A stretch of DNA of 64,000 bases from Halocafeteria seosinensis (lineage: Eukaryota), in the NCBI GenBank assembly GCA_001687465.1, contig LVLI01000132.1, positions 62,001 through 126,000 of the forward strand, given 5' to 3'. The position numbers were made by a program, and so were the translations under genes. Shown piece after piece: positions 1-12,814 of this stretch. The notes under the pieces are model-generated. The model saw nothing but the letters and a program-made list of their open reading frames with translations, was not told where the DNA came from and searched no databases. Positions within the stretch are counted from its first letter, which is position 1; each line of letters begins with the position of its first letter.

Positions 1-1191
1 GATGACGCGTTCGCCTTGCAACAGTATAACGCGAGTGATTCATCGTCGAAACCGATTAACAGTAATGGGCGTAGTCCTCACGGGAGTGAGGTCTCAAAAC
101 GGCCACCATGGTCCAATGGAGGAGAAATGACAAACCCCCTGTCCTCTCCCCATGAACAGCTGCAATTCCCTTCGCACCATTTTGAACAGTTTTCATTGGA
201 TCAGCTAATGCAGATGTACCGTGAAACTCAAGAGAGTGTGGAGCGATTGCGAGACGAAGTCGAAAAGGCGGAAGCCGACTTGCATGACGAGGCCAAGGAC
301 GCTACTGAGCGAACACATTGGGAGAAGGAAAAGCTAAGGCGACAAAAAGAGCAACTCGAAGATTATCATTCGGAAGAAATGACCGATCTAGCGAAGATGA
401 CTCAAATGGCCCAGCGAAAAGAAACGACAAAATTAGAATCCGCCCTTCGTGTTGCGGAGGCGAAACACCGCGATTTCTTGCAAGAACAAGCTCAGTTCTC
501 CTCAGAAGCAGGAAATAGTCAATTTTCCGATACGGGAGAGTATCTACCCTACCCTGGTGACGACGACCATGATGACGACGTAGAGGTTTCCTCCATTGGT
601 GATCAGAGTGCCGTGCAACGGGGTCAAGGACTGCGAAGCCCGGATATCGAGAAGAACGCCTTACCGAAAAAAGCATCGGGGAAAAAACCTGGCTCAAAGA
701 AAGAATCGCGTCACCGAACTCTGGATGATGCTATCAAGGGTATTATCTCCACAATAAAGTCCAAAGATGAGCGTATGAGAAAACTAAGAGAAGAATGGCA
801 GGCTTTAGAACGAACTGAAGCTGAGGCTAACGAAATGTACCGCACGGTTCGAAGAAGCCCCTCCTCGTATCGCACTAAACAAAGCTCACACGTTGCAAAC
901 GCTGAGGGCGAAGAAATAAACCGTGAAGCAAGTTCCAATGAAGGTGAAGATACTGCCGACTCCACAGCGTATGGAATGATTGGTAGCGCTACAGCTATAC
1001 CCCCTGACTCCTCTCGCTTGTCAGGTGCTGGTGCTGCCGAAAGGAATAGAAGCCCGCTCCAGCGTGACAGTCCTCCTCCCCTGGACTCTATCAGTTACTC
1101 CTCGAAGGTTCGTCGCTACAGTAACGAATATAGTGCCGAAGTACCTTCGATAAAACAAATGCTTCACTCCGCAATGCGAAAGAAGACGTGA
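1..1191 (+). CDS. 3' part of an unknown coiled-coil/low-complexity protein, truncated by the window edge
   Basis: The frame is open from base 1 to TGA at 1189-1191. It has E/K/R/Q-rich helical stretches and an S/P-rich tail, with no recognisable family. Confidence 0.6.
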   Translation, partial: DDAFALQQYNASDSSSKPINSNGRSPHGSEVSKRPPWSNGGEMTNPLSSPHEQLQFPSHHFEQFSLDQLMQMYRETQESVERLRDEVEKAEADLHDEAKDATERTHWEKEKLRRQKEQLEDYHSEEMTDLAKMTQMAQRKETTKLESALRVAEAKHRDFLQEQAQFSSEAGNSQFSDTGEYLPYPGDDDHDDDVEVSSIGDQSAVQRGQGLRSPDIEKNALPKKASGKKPGSKKESRHRTLDDAIKGIISTIKSKDERMRKLREEWQALERTEAEANEMYRTVRRSPSSYRTKQSSHVANAEGEEINREASSNEGEDTADSTAYGMIGSATAIPPDSSRLSGAGAAERNRSPLQRDSPPPLDSISYSSKVRRYSNEYSAEVPSIKQMLHSAMRKKT

Positions 1192-1398
1192 ATGTTGATA
1201 TCCGTAATTTAATGTTGCATTTTCTTCTCAAGCTGGTTGGAAAGAGTAAGTAAATAAGCCGTCTAGTAGTCAACCAACTTATAGAACTTGCACAACGAGG
1301 GACAGCTCTTATCCAATAAGAATATATTAATAGCTAACATCTATATGCTTTTCATCTATCAATAAAATCTGTGCACAGCGCCGGGCAGTGGACAATTC

Positions 1399-3698
1399 TC
1401 AGATTAGCCCCGTAAGGCTTGGGTATTCCGGTTTGTAGTTCAGTTCGTGCTTTGACAAATCAACCCAGTTGTGTTCCTTGATGTGTTTTGATTTTCGAGC
1501 ATCGAATGACTGGTCGCCATAAAGCTCTTGCAAAAAAGCAAGCATTCTCTTGAATTCCTTATGGCTATCTTTTTCCTGTATATGATGGTAAAACATCCAT
1601 GCACCGCACCCACAGTGAAAGTAAGGACCTAAGAGCTGTACACGCTGACTACATCCTATGCAAACTCCTCGGGATAGGGAATACGACCTCCCTGTAAAGG
1701 CTATAAGTCCGCGGTTAGCTTCGCTCCGTGAAAGGCTTTGGCCGCTGGAGGGAGCTGAGTAAGGGACAAGATCTAAATGAGCCCGACACGTTGGGCCGGC
1801 GCTAAAAGCCCTTCTACGCCGCGTTTCCTGTATCGTACTCGACGAGCTACTCACACTGGACATTTCCAGCGTTTCGTCTTCGTCACAGTCCTGGGCCTCT
1901 TCCGAGAGTTCGGGAGGGTTCTTTCCGTATTTCCATATAAAATTGGTGTCCACAGTGTGACTTCTCATTTCCCTCGGCCGGCTGCTATCAAGTGGAGACT
2001 GATCTCCCACCATGTCGTGTCGTTTCGAGACTATGGACCGAGGACGAATATGTCTGAATATCTCCTTCCTGATTGCAGCTACAAATTCGGTGGCATTGTT
2101 GTGAGCCGGGTTGTGAAGACTCTCATCGAGCACGTAAGTTCTTGAATCTGGGCGAGCCTTTTGTAAAATATTCGCCAAGTTAGAAGGAAACAAATCATCG
2201 AATTTACCCCATATTATTGCAAGTGGAACCTTGCATTGCACTAGCTTGTCTAGAATGGGTCGCGCCCAAAATCCCTGGGTAAAACATCTCCGGTATTGAA
2301 CAAATTTACCGAAAAGAGTATCGCAGTTGCCAGTATACGCAGTCGCAGCCGCAAGCTGGGAATAGTAGTCAGCAAAAGCAATGTGCTCTGCTGTATTCCG
2401 AATGTAAAAACTGCGAAATATTCCATATAGAATTCTGCCTCCGCAATACAAGAGTTTCTGGGGGGATGCGTAAGCCATCAAAAACGTCCATCTGTTTGGA
2501 GAATGGTACCAAATACAATGGAAATAAACTCACTCGGGATATTTATCAGGTGTTCCACTTACAAATGACCCGTCGTCATGTTGGAGACAACGCCGCAGGG
2601 ACTCGTCACGATTAGCTTCTGAAACTTCTGCGGATAAGCATACGCGGTATTTGCACAAATCCATCCGCCTATACTATGTCCAACAACATAGGCACGTTCA
2701 ATGTTATGAGCACTCATCCAGCCGCGTAAAAACTGTACATGTAATTCCGTAATTTCGTCGAGGTCGGAGCTCTCCCTCAGCTTTGCAGGAGCGGGCGATC
2801 GTCCCCATCCCGGTAAATTCACCATATGCAAATTCGCAAATTTGCTCAATGAGTCGATTATTGGCTCCCAATGGGCATGGGCAGCAGAGTGTCCATGCAC
2901 TGCAATGTAAAAAGCAAAAAAACAACGCCGATGTTAGCAAGTAGTATCAAATAAAACTGAGGCTGTTCCCAGGATCATGTACGTACCAACGACGATATCA
3001 GGCTTAGTATCAGCACCGGGTGCAAGACTGGTATTAGTATGGGTGCATACAGAGTGAATGCTCCATTCGATCCCATAGCAGGTATATGACGTCCAGTATG
3101 CCTGTAACTGGGTACTGACGTGGGCTAGCACTCGGCGTTCAGCTCGAGCCAGTTCAGTAAAGCTCAATTGAGGGAGAGAGCGGAGCAGCATAAAAAAGCA
3201 GAATGCTCCAAACCCAGCCTCGGCAACCGTGTGTAGAAAATGGCTTCCACCTCTCAACAAAAAGCCGATGACGAACGCATAGAGCATGAAAAATCCAGCA
3301 ATGTAAAGTGGGTCATTCTCCGAAAAATTATAGCGGTACCACCGTCCTTCGTATCGCTTCCTGACCAATTCAGGGACATGTCCAAAGTCCGCCGGTTCTA
3401 CACAGATGTTGGATACTTCCTTATCGATGGTTCGTCTGGAACTGGTAGAGTTTAACGACGCTGACCGCAAATCTAGTCCCGGAGCGCCGTTGGACAGCTT
3501 GTCCGAGTTGTGCGTGCCATTTTGGTTGGTCGTATTCGTCGATACGGAGTCCGTTTTCAGGTCACTAAGGTTTTGCAGCGGCCGTACAGCGAATGGAGGA
3601 GACTGTCCCTTGTCTCCTTGTGGAGTGGAATGGTCCTGTGTTCGTGTACTCTGTCGTAGAGTATTCCGATTCAAGGGATGGCGATCGTCGTCGGCCAT
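1399..3698 (-). CDS. Alpha/beta-fold hydrolase (ABHD4/5-like) with N-terminal hydrophobic segments, spliced
   Basis: The ORFs 2934-3725, 2559-2900 and 1399-2481 join through introns. Motifs: HG, NLPGWGRS, nucleophile elbow GHSIGG, IIWGKFDD and catalytic His in SLHNPAH. ATG at 3698 (MADDDRH). Confidence 0.85.
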
Positions 3699-5455
3699 TT
3701 TCCAGGGACACTTGGTGGCCCCCAATAGCTACACTCTATCTATCTATATAACTCCGTGGTTGTTGACAAACGACGAACCATTCGTACCACAGCTTTCTGT
3801 TGTAACAGAGAGGTCACATCATCCCATGCGACCTCCGCCTAGCTGCTCAGCCAGCCAGGAAAGCGGAAGAGTGTCTGTCGAAATACAAATGTAACAGAAC
3901 AAGGCACGGATAAATTTTTAGTGAGAGAATTTATACAGCCTCAAGCCACCATCCTCACTATATGGTTCAGTATTTTCCGGGGTTCGTATTGCATACACGC
4001 TACGTTGCACACGCAGTTGTACAACGCGTGGGCACCCGGTTGAATGAATGAACCAATGTGCGTACGTCACATACTATTTATGGCATACCGGCTACAACAC
4101 ACTAGTTAGGCGGTCATCACGGACGTCGCGGAACTATGTCACTAAGATTGTAATGCTAGCCACGGAAGAACTGGAAGAAGCAAGGTGGCTCGTGCCATGC
4201 GATACGCAAGATAGAACATGTATCAAGTCCACACGTTAGCGCCTAATAACGATATGATTGTTTTGTGCATACGGTATCGTTTAAGACTTTTAAGTTATCA
4301 TGATAGGAATGCCATTGAACTAAGAGGCACTCCTGAGAAGGTATTGTCAGTTTCTCCACTGAACAAACGTTGGAATTCTACTGTATGTCTACGGAAATGG
4401 TGCGTGAGTAATTTGTTACTGGCTTACAAGGCTTAGCACAGGGAAATGAAATCAAACATGTTCGTTTGTTCAGATACCTGTGGTACATTTAGCTACCGAC
4501 ATTGTAATTCTTGAACGATTCAAACAGTGAAGTTCCTGAGGTTCTCAACGACACACACATTCAACGAAGTGCCAAAACCTGGCTGGAGAATTGCTTGAAT
4601 AGGTATTGAAGAATTTTCATCTGGAAGTAACAAACTTGGAGCGAATGATTAGAATTTCCCAACTTAAAGCTCGTCGCTTCTTGAAGTTGTCCCGGTAGGG
4701 CGGGGATGGTCCGCTCCCCTCCTGCTCGGGAGCGGTGTTCCTCAGGGTTCTCGTGCTCCTTGTATGCCTCTGTACAGGACGAATATAGTGTCTCGGGAGA
4801 TCAGAATTGGGGAGAAGGTAGCCCATTCGTTCTTCTATAGATTCCACCACGCGTGGTATGCGATAGACACAAGCCAAGCAAGTGATCCGCTGTACAAGTT
4901 CACCGAATCCGTTGAACACGAAGGAGGCCAACAGAAAGACGGCTATATTTTGCCGCTATTAGCAAGGTGAGTGGGCACAAAACGCGCCGCATTTCTCTCT
5001 ATTGTCTACCAGGAATGTAGTGCAACGTTGTATGGAAGGGGAAAAGCACGCAATAAAGTGCTTTCCCCGGGGGGAAACCGTGGCTACGCATCGTCGGAGG
5101 ACGACTTTGAAGGCGAATCTAGTCTTGATAGAGTCTCTATGTGGTCTCCTACACTGCAAATAGAGTGATTTTGAACGAGTGCAATTGGGAGGACAGCTTG
5201 CTAGTTGTTTTGGAGGAGCACTCTTACGAGAGTAACTTACTTGATGAATTCCCAGCTGGACGAACGAGTGGCAGTGAGCTGTCCCTGTGCTTTAAGTATG
5301 GTTGTTTGTGCGCCATGGAGGTTTCAATCCTAAACTACCGAAGTGATTAGGAATATGCACGTCTGCCTCATCGTGTATGATGCTTGTAATTACTGTGTCT
5401 CGTTTGCTTCTTCCTTGCAGGACTGGGGAGACAACACTCATTGTAGTCAGTCAAG

Positions 5456-8400
5456 ATGTCAATCTCGGACAAGCTCTGGTACCGGCATCCTGAACGATGC
5501 TGGTCGCTGGGGATTGTGAGCCAGCTTCAGGGGAAGAGAGTGGCACTGGTGGATGAGATGGATGCATGCAATACGGTTGTAGTACCCATCGAAGACACAC
5601 ATCCGTGTGACCAGAGCCATCTGGAAGACACTGATGACATAGCCCGGATGAACAATATGCACGAAGCCCCATTGTTAGACCTATTGAGGAGACGATACAA
5701 GGAGAATTCAATCTATACGTTTACGGGAGAAATTCTAATCTCGATAAATCCATACAAGACAATAGACGGTCTCTACACTTTGTCAACAGATGACCCTAAG
5801 CATGGTCGAGGTAAGTGACATCCTGTATCGTATGCTCAAGAAGCCATTTCATCAGTTATTTCTATGATGATGAATGTCGCAGCTCTTGACGAATTCGAGG
5901 ATAACAGCATTCCCCATGTCTACACTGTGGCTGCCAGAGCATACACGATGATGATAGAGCAGACGAATCCCGCGTTAAAGAGCCAATCCCTTATTGTCAG
6001 TGGTGAAAGCGGCGCCGGAAAAACAGAAGCTTGCAAGCATGTTATGAAATACCTTGCCTGTATTAGTGAGCAGTACTGCCAGTTGAAAGGGATGGGGGGC
6101 CTTCCTTCCAACACATCCAACATTGAACAGAAGGTCCTCATGTGTAATCCTTTCTTGGAGGCATTAGGGAATGCCAAGACGTTGAGGAACAACAACAGCA
6201 GCCGCTTTGGCAAGTTCTTGAAGATCCAATATAAAGATGGACGAATAACTGGTGCTTTTATGCAGCATTATCTCTTAGAGAAGGCGCGCGTTGTCATGCC
6301 TCATTCCGGCGAACGAAACTATCATATCTTTTATCAGCTCTGTCGAGGATCTTCTGCGGCCCGAACCAAGCGATTTTCGCTGCGGCAGCCAGAGCATTTC
6401 AAGTACCTGAACGCGGGAGGATCTACACATGTAGATGATATTGATGACGAAAAGGCTTTTAGCGAAGTCTGCGAGAGCTTGCTTGTAATTGGCATCGACG
6501 ATGAGCTTCAAGATAAAATCTTTCGGGCTCTCGCTGGTATTTTGCATTTGGGTAATGTGACATTCGAGGATGTTGTGGGCAGTTCTGGGGACGATCATAG
6601 TCAAATAACAAATCCTGATGTAATATCCACCGCCGAGGAACTTTTTGGTGTATCTGAGTTAGGCCACCGCCTAACAACTCAGTTTATACAGGTTAGCGGA
6701 GAAACCGTGAAAAAATATCAAACGTCTCGCAGGGCAAACAACAGTCGAGACGCTGTTGCCAAACATCTCTACGATCGACTATTTAGCTGGCTTGTCGCCG
6801 TTGTGAATAAAGCTTTAAAGAGCGATGAATGGGATAACCACTTTATTGGTATGTCGTACCGTGGCAACGTCCCCGGGATATGAGATGCACATATGCCGTT
6901 TTTATTAACTGTTGTTTGATGATGCAGGTATATTAGACATATTCGGATTCGAGATATTCGATGTGAACAGTTTTGAGCAACTGTGCATCAACTTTGCCAA
7001 CGAGAAGTTGCAAAGTCTATTTAATCATCACATTTTTACAATGGAGCAGGAGTTGTATCATGAAGAAGGGATCACAGTAGACGAGATCGAGTTCCAAAAT
7101 AACCAGCGATGTGTGGAGCTCATAGAATCGAATCGGGATGGAATTTTAACGATGTTGGACGACGTTTGTCGAAATTTGCGAAACGATATGACCGACGAGA
7201 AGTTTCTTGAAGAGATCAATAGGTATGATACAATTGTTTTCAGAGGGTTGGTGCTATATCTGTGTAGTTAATCCACTCCAATTTGTTGCGCAGGGTACAC
7301 CAAGGGAATAATGAATACTTTGTTGTTGGTAAAAGGAAGCAATTCCGAAGTTTCAACATTGCTCATTTCGCTGGAGAGGTTCAGTATGAGATTGACGATT
7401 TCATCGATAAAAACAATGATAAATTGAACGATGATCTGGAGAATCTAATGGAAAACTCCGAGCTTGCGTTTGTTCGAACTCTGTTCTCGGATTCTGATGA
7501 TACCAGAGTAGCCGAAGGTGCGTCGCCAGTTGCAGGGCAACAAGCCGAACGGTCCATATCTCCTCAAAAAAATAATAAAAAGAGAGGAAATACGGCACCC
7601 ACCATTGCTGGCAGGTTTAGGAAGCAGCTTCAAAAACTTCACAATACTCTCTTGAAGACAACCCCTCATTATATTCGAACCATTAAACCTAACGACAAAA
7701 AGCTTCCTGATGTGTTCGATCACCAGAGGGTGTTGCAGCAATTGCTTTATTCTGGTGTACTGGAAACGGTCCGAATCAGGAAGCAAGGCTTCCCGTTTAG
7801 GGAGAACTTCGTCGATTTCTGGAGGAGGGCCACCAGATGTGGTCGGGGAATTTCATACACAGTGCTCACTAGTGAAGTGGACGACATACCTCCGGCCCCT
7901 GGTTCGGACTACCAAGAGCAATCCGATGGCAGTGTGGTGGACACCTCTCTCTCAGTTGAAGTACAAAAGCAATGTCGAGAAGGCTCCGTTCGACTTTGTG
8001 GAGCATTGCTTCGCGATGACCAATGGAAAGCTGGACACAGCAAAATATTCATGAAGAACGGAGCTATAGATGAGATTCATGATCGATACCGTAGTTACCT
8101 TGCATCCTATATCTGGCGGTGGTACGTCCAACGTTCCCGGTGGCTGCGGTTTCGCTTGTTGCGAGCGGCCATTATACGACGCAAAATCGCTGCGCGCCAT
8201 CTCTGGCGGCGATATGTTAGTATACTCATGGAAAGACGGTATCAAAAGTCTGTACGCTATGTTGCTAGACTCCAGGCCCACATTCGCCGCCGTCAAACCC
8301 AACGTTGGTTTAGGGAATTTCTCAACGTCCGACGGCGCTCAGCAATCAAAATTGCAGCTACATATCGGATGCACGTCTGCTTCCAGACTAAGAAAGTGCT

Positions 8401-11053
8401 CCTTTGCGCCTTTATTAAGCTGCAAGCCGCTATTCGGAGTTTCTTATACCGGAAATACCTACGGGGGATGCATGCACATGCCGCAAAATGCCAGTCGTGT
8501 ATTAGGATGTACTTGGCAAAAAAGAGACGGCACAAGTTAGAACATGCACGCGAGTACAGTAGCATTACAATCCAAGCTTGGTGGAGAATGTGTCGTCAAT
8601 ATTCTCGCTATCAGCAATTCCTTGCGTCACGTCGACTAGCCGCCGCTATAGTTATCCAAGCTGTTTGGAGAGGCTACCAAGAGCGCACTCGCGCTGAACG
8701 GCGGCGGTACAAATTGATAAGATTACAGGCCTTTGTGCGAATGTATCAGCATTACAGTGCCTTCCAGAAACGATTGAGAGCCCATCGAAAGATCCACAAA
8801 TGGGTTGTACGACAGCATCAGAATTGGGTTCTCAAGACGTGGGTAGCTGAAGTGTTTGCAGCAACATGTAACGGGTGCATGAGTGACGTCTCGTCTCTAC
8901 TGTCGTGCGAGTCGCCTGAGTACAGGTCTTTGCGGTCCATCGACTTAGTTGACCGTGCGTCGACCCGTGACTGTGATGACGGTTTTAAGTCTTTGATGCA
9001 TGCTGCCGCCCTGTCAGGCGATGTAGAACTCGTGCAATATCTCCAATCCATCGGTCTCGGTATTGACTGCTGGGATGCCTCCGGTTCAACTCCTCTTCAC
9101 AAGGCGGCTAGTATTGGTGATTCACACCTCGCGCTTATGCAGCACTTTGTCCTCCACGTCGAGACAGCGAGTGAACCCGTTCCACCATCACGACGTGAAG
9201 AAGCCGACGCGTACATATCCCAGTATCAGAGCATGCGGAATGCAGGAGATATCGAAAAGGCGTGCGGTATATATCGTCGGAGCGTACGGCGGCATTTCTC
9301 TGGAACTGCATCGACCCGTAACTTATTGAGTATGGCTAATTCTGCGGATGCTGTAGACGCTAGTGAGCAAGGCGTTTCAAACCTGTTTAGGAGACTCGAA
9401 TTTTTCACACAGGAGCGCTGCGAAGGACTGTTGTTCGTTAACAAGATCAACTCTTTGGGTGAAACTGCACTGGATGTGGCTGTGAATGCCCATCGAACTA
9501 GGGGTCGTCGAGAGCATGACGCCACTATTGCATTTTTGATTTGCGCGGGGTGTGTGAGTAACACACTGAACTCCACTCATGATGCGTTAAATTATGTTGG
9601 AGGCACCAGCACAGAGGTAGCCATAGCTGAGGCCAATGCCGCCAGAGAGAAGCAGTTGTTGGAGAAGAGGAAACGAGAGCGTCTGAACAATCCGCACTAC
9701 CAATATCTACTAGTTCAAGAACAGGAGAGAAAGAAGCATAGCGAGACTGCTGTCCCCGATTCTGCACCGGAGGAGAACAATTCACCTGCGAAGGATTCTC
9801 GGGAGCCTTCTCCCAGAACAAAATATGCTAACTCGGCATTGAAGACTGCATTATCCTTTACCAACAGGAACAAATTCAGTGAAATGCTGCCAAATATACA
9901 TTCATCCCCGCAGCAAAAACCTACACCCGCCTCTGAAGGGGATATCAAGGAAATCCCTCGTGCTGCATTAGGCTCTGGTAGAAGAGATTCTGGTCGGGCG
10001 TTGACAACGGAAACGGCGGAAGACACCGAATCCGAAGAAGAAGTAGAAACGGTTGAGAGAGTAGAACAGTCCCTGGACACAGGATCGCGCGACAGTCATA
10101 GAGATGTAGTGAAGGAACCCGCTGCCGCCCGCCAACAAACGCGTACTGAACCAGTCCAATCGGGTAGCAAGGCAAGTTTTGATGAGCGACTACCGCTCAA
10201 CAGGGGGCAATCATCACAAACAGACGCCAATGATAAAACGAAGGGTGGTAAGAAAATCTTCTCTTTCGAAGAAGAGACTTCAGAAACGAACGGTTCTGTC
10301 TCAACTCCTGTTAGGACGAGGACTCCGCTCGATGAAGCACGTTTGACAGTTCCGGAAAGTCCTGAAGTATCCAATGTTCGCTCCAGTCACCAAAGGCAGC
10401 GTTCAACATCTGAGCGTGATCTTCTTGCGGCGGTTAGTCCTAAGGCTGCAGATTCTGCTGGGTTGTCTAAGCATCACACTCGCACCGCCTCTGAACGAAA
10501 CTTGCTCACCCACTCTCAGCGACGTGCTTCCGGGATAGAGGGCAAGGACTCCGAATGGAGTGTTCAAGAGAGCAAATCGACTGGGCTCGTTTACTTTTAT
10601 AATCGCCGCACGGGCAAGTCTCAATGGCAAGAGCCCCCGCAGTTTGATGGCACATATACACGAGCTCAGCTAGAAAAGCTACGAGAAGCAGGTCTCCAAT
10701 GGACAACAAATATGGAACGGCAGTACGCAAAACTACTTACGAGAGAAAACGGAAATCAACGAGGTCTAGCGCGGCCGCAGAATAATGGCGACGGTCCACC
10801 AGAAAGGTGGACCATATTTACTACCGATGATGGCATTAACTACTACTACGATGCATACTCAAAACGCACTCAATGGGAGGAACCAGATTGTCTCAAGTTT
10901 GCTGAAGATGAAGAGTACGTGGAAGTCTCCGAGGAGCAAATCACTTACGGGAAACATGGCTGGATAAGTATAACCGATCCCAGGGGTTTTGTATATTACC
11001 ACAACACTGAGACCGATGTCACCCAGTGGGAGCGACCTCCGGACTTCTCGTAA
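5456..11053 (+). CDS. Unconventional myosin: motor, multiple IQ motifs, ankyrin repeats, three WW domains
   Basis: Motifs: GESGAGKT P-loop, [41 protein letters not shown], IQxxxR repeats, ankyrin TPLHKAA/TALDVA and three W..YY/YF..QW..P. Introns about 5811-5882, 6849-6927 and 7223-7293. Confidence 0.95.
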
Positions 11054-11276
11054 GATGTGCTGTCAACTGATAGGAATATCATGTTGCGTTTTCTCAGAAT
11101 TCAATGACTAGATCACTCACAGAACTAGGTATTCGGTGTTTTACATTTCCAGTACTTGAGGGCAACATATGATTAACTTCTCGTACTTAAAAGTAGTGGT
11201 ACAAAATATAAGTTTGTTAGACTAATATAGAACTCACAAATTTTAATTTTTCCGTTCCAAAGCCTATTCGTCTGAG

Positions 11277-12752
11277 ATGTTACCTGGATCACTGCTACGA
11301 AGTAGATCGACCAGATGGTATTCGGGGTGTCTCTGGAGCATGTCATTACTCGTTCAGCAATGGCCTGTACGACAGCACAACCTCTGGCAGAGAGCCTTGC
11401 ATGATTCTAGACGAACCGACATGGCAGTTTCTGGCCCAAGGAATCCGAGGAATCCAAAGCGGCAACTTGTTGATACTATCCTCAAAGAGTGGGAGATCAT
11501 GTTCGCGGAGGCTGGCGTTTCGGAACCTTATCTTTCAGCCGTGTAAGTTCTGTCGAGTTGATGAGGTTTAACACTAATACGGGAAGATTACACTAGCGTC
11601 TGCAGCTACATTCTTGGGGCAGGGGTGGACAAGAAGCGGCATGGACACATAGGGTCCTCGGTGGAGGCGATCGAGCAATGGGCACGAGAGCACACGCCAG
11701 AAGACCTCTCCCTAGAAGAGTGGCGGACAGTGGAAGAGTTGAAGCAGCGGAGGTTACATGTGAGTGAGAAGGCCAGTCATGCCTGTTTCCCCAAGTGAAA
11801 CAAGTCCGCAATGCAGCATGAGCCAATTCAATACTTAGTGGGAAACTGGGACTTTCATGAACTGAAAGACATTGAGTTGGAGCGAGGAGTATTGATCCCC
11901 CGCCCGGAGACTGAAAGCTTAGTCAATCTCGTGCTGAAGAGCCTTCGGGAAGATATGCGCAGCACCGAAAGTGTCGATATATTAGACGTGGGATGTGGCT
12001 CAGGTGAGGTTTATCACTATTAAGAAAAATTAGGTCTAGGGGAACTGTATTGGCACGACCATGCAGGGGTCATCGGCCTTGCGTTAGCGAAGTCTTTGTT
12101 GAGCGATTCCTCCGTTGGGCAAAGGAGGGTGCTTGTACACTGCATTGATCAAGACGAAACCGCATGTAGACTAACAGCTGCTAATGCAAGGAAGCAGCTT
12201 CCTAAAATGCGGAATAGATATGATAAGTCGTTTGAGTTTGCGGTTTTCCAGGCATCTGCTCAGGACTACAGCGCGAACTGTCAGCGGCACCCAATTTACA
12301 AACACTACAACTCTAATGATCAGTGGAATGGCGTGACACCAGCAGCAGCCTGTTATTCAGTTGTTGTCTCCAATCCTCCCTACCTGTCTGCTGCATCGAT
12401 GATGGACTTGGGAACTCAAGTGACGATGTATGAAGACACTGAAGCGCTCGATGGAAAGTCCTTCGATGGCTTACTAGTGGCCCGGATTATACTTTCCAGT
12501 ATACACCAGCTTATACTACAAGGTATGCCTTAAACCGTTTAGTCATGTGCACGGAGATAATGAGACGCTTTATAACGATTTACTACAGGAGGAATGATTT
12601 TTTTAGAGATGGATGCAAATCAGCCGGAGTTGCTCCAGCAGCAGCTATGCACGAGTTTTCTCGGTACACTTTACCGCTTTAAAGGCATCGACTCTGACCT
12701 TCTCGGTGGGTTGCGTTTTGCAACCTTGCAAAAATTACCAGAGTTATGCTGA
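11277..12752 (+). CDS. hemK: HemK/PrmC release-factor glutamine methyltransferase, probably organelle-targeted, spliced
   Basis: Motifs: EPIQYLVG, VLIPRPETE, ILDVGCGSG, VSNPPY, YE..ALDG..DGL and a last exon with IFLEM...DLLGGLRF ending in TGA at 12750-12752. Confidence 0.88.
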
Positions 12753-12814
12753 GGATACGTGAACATACATTGGACTCGGATACGACTGAGTTTGCAACTA
12801 GGAGCACCCATAGT

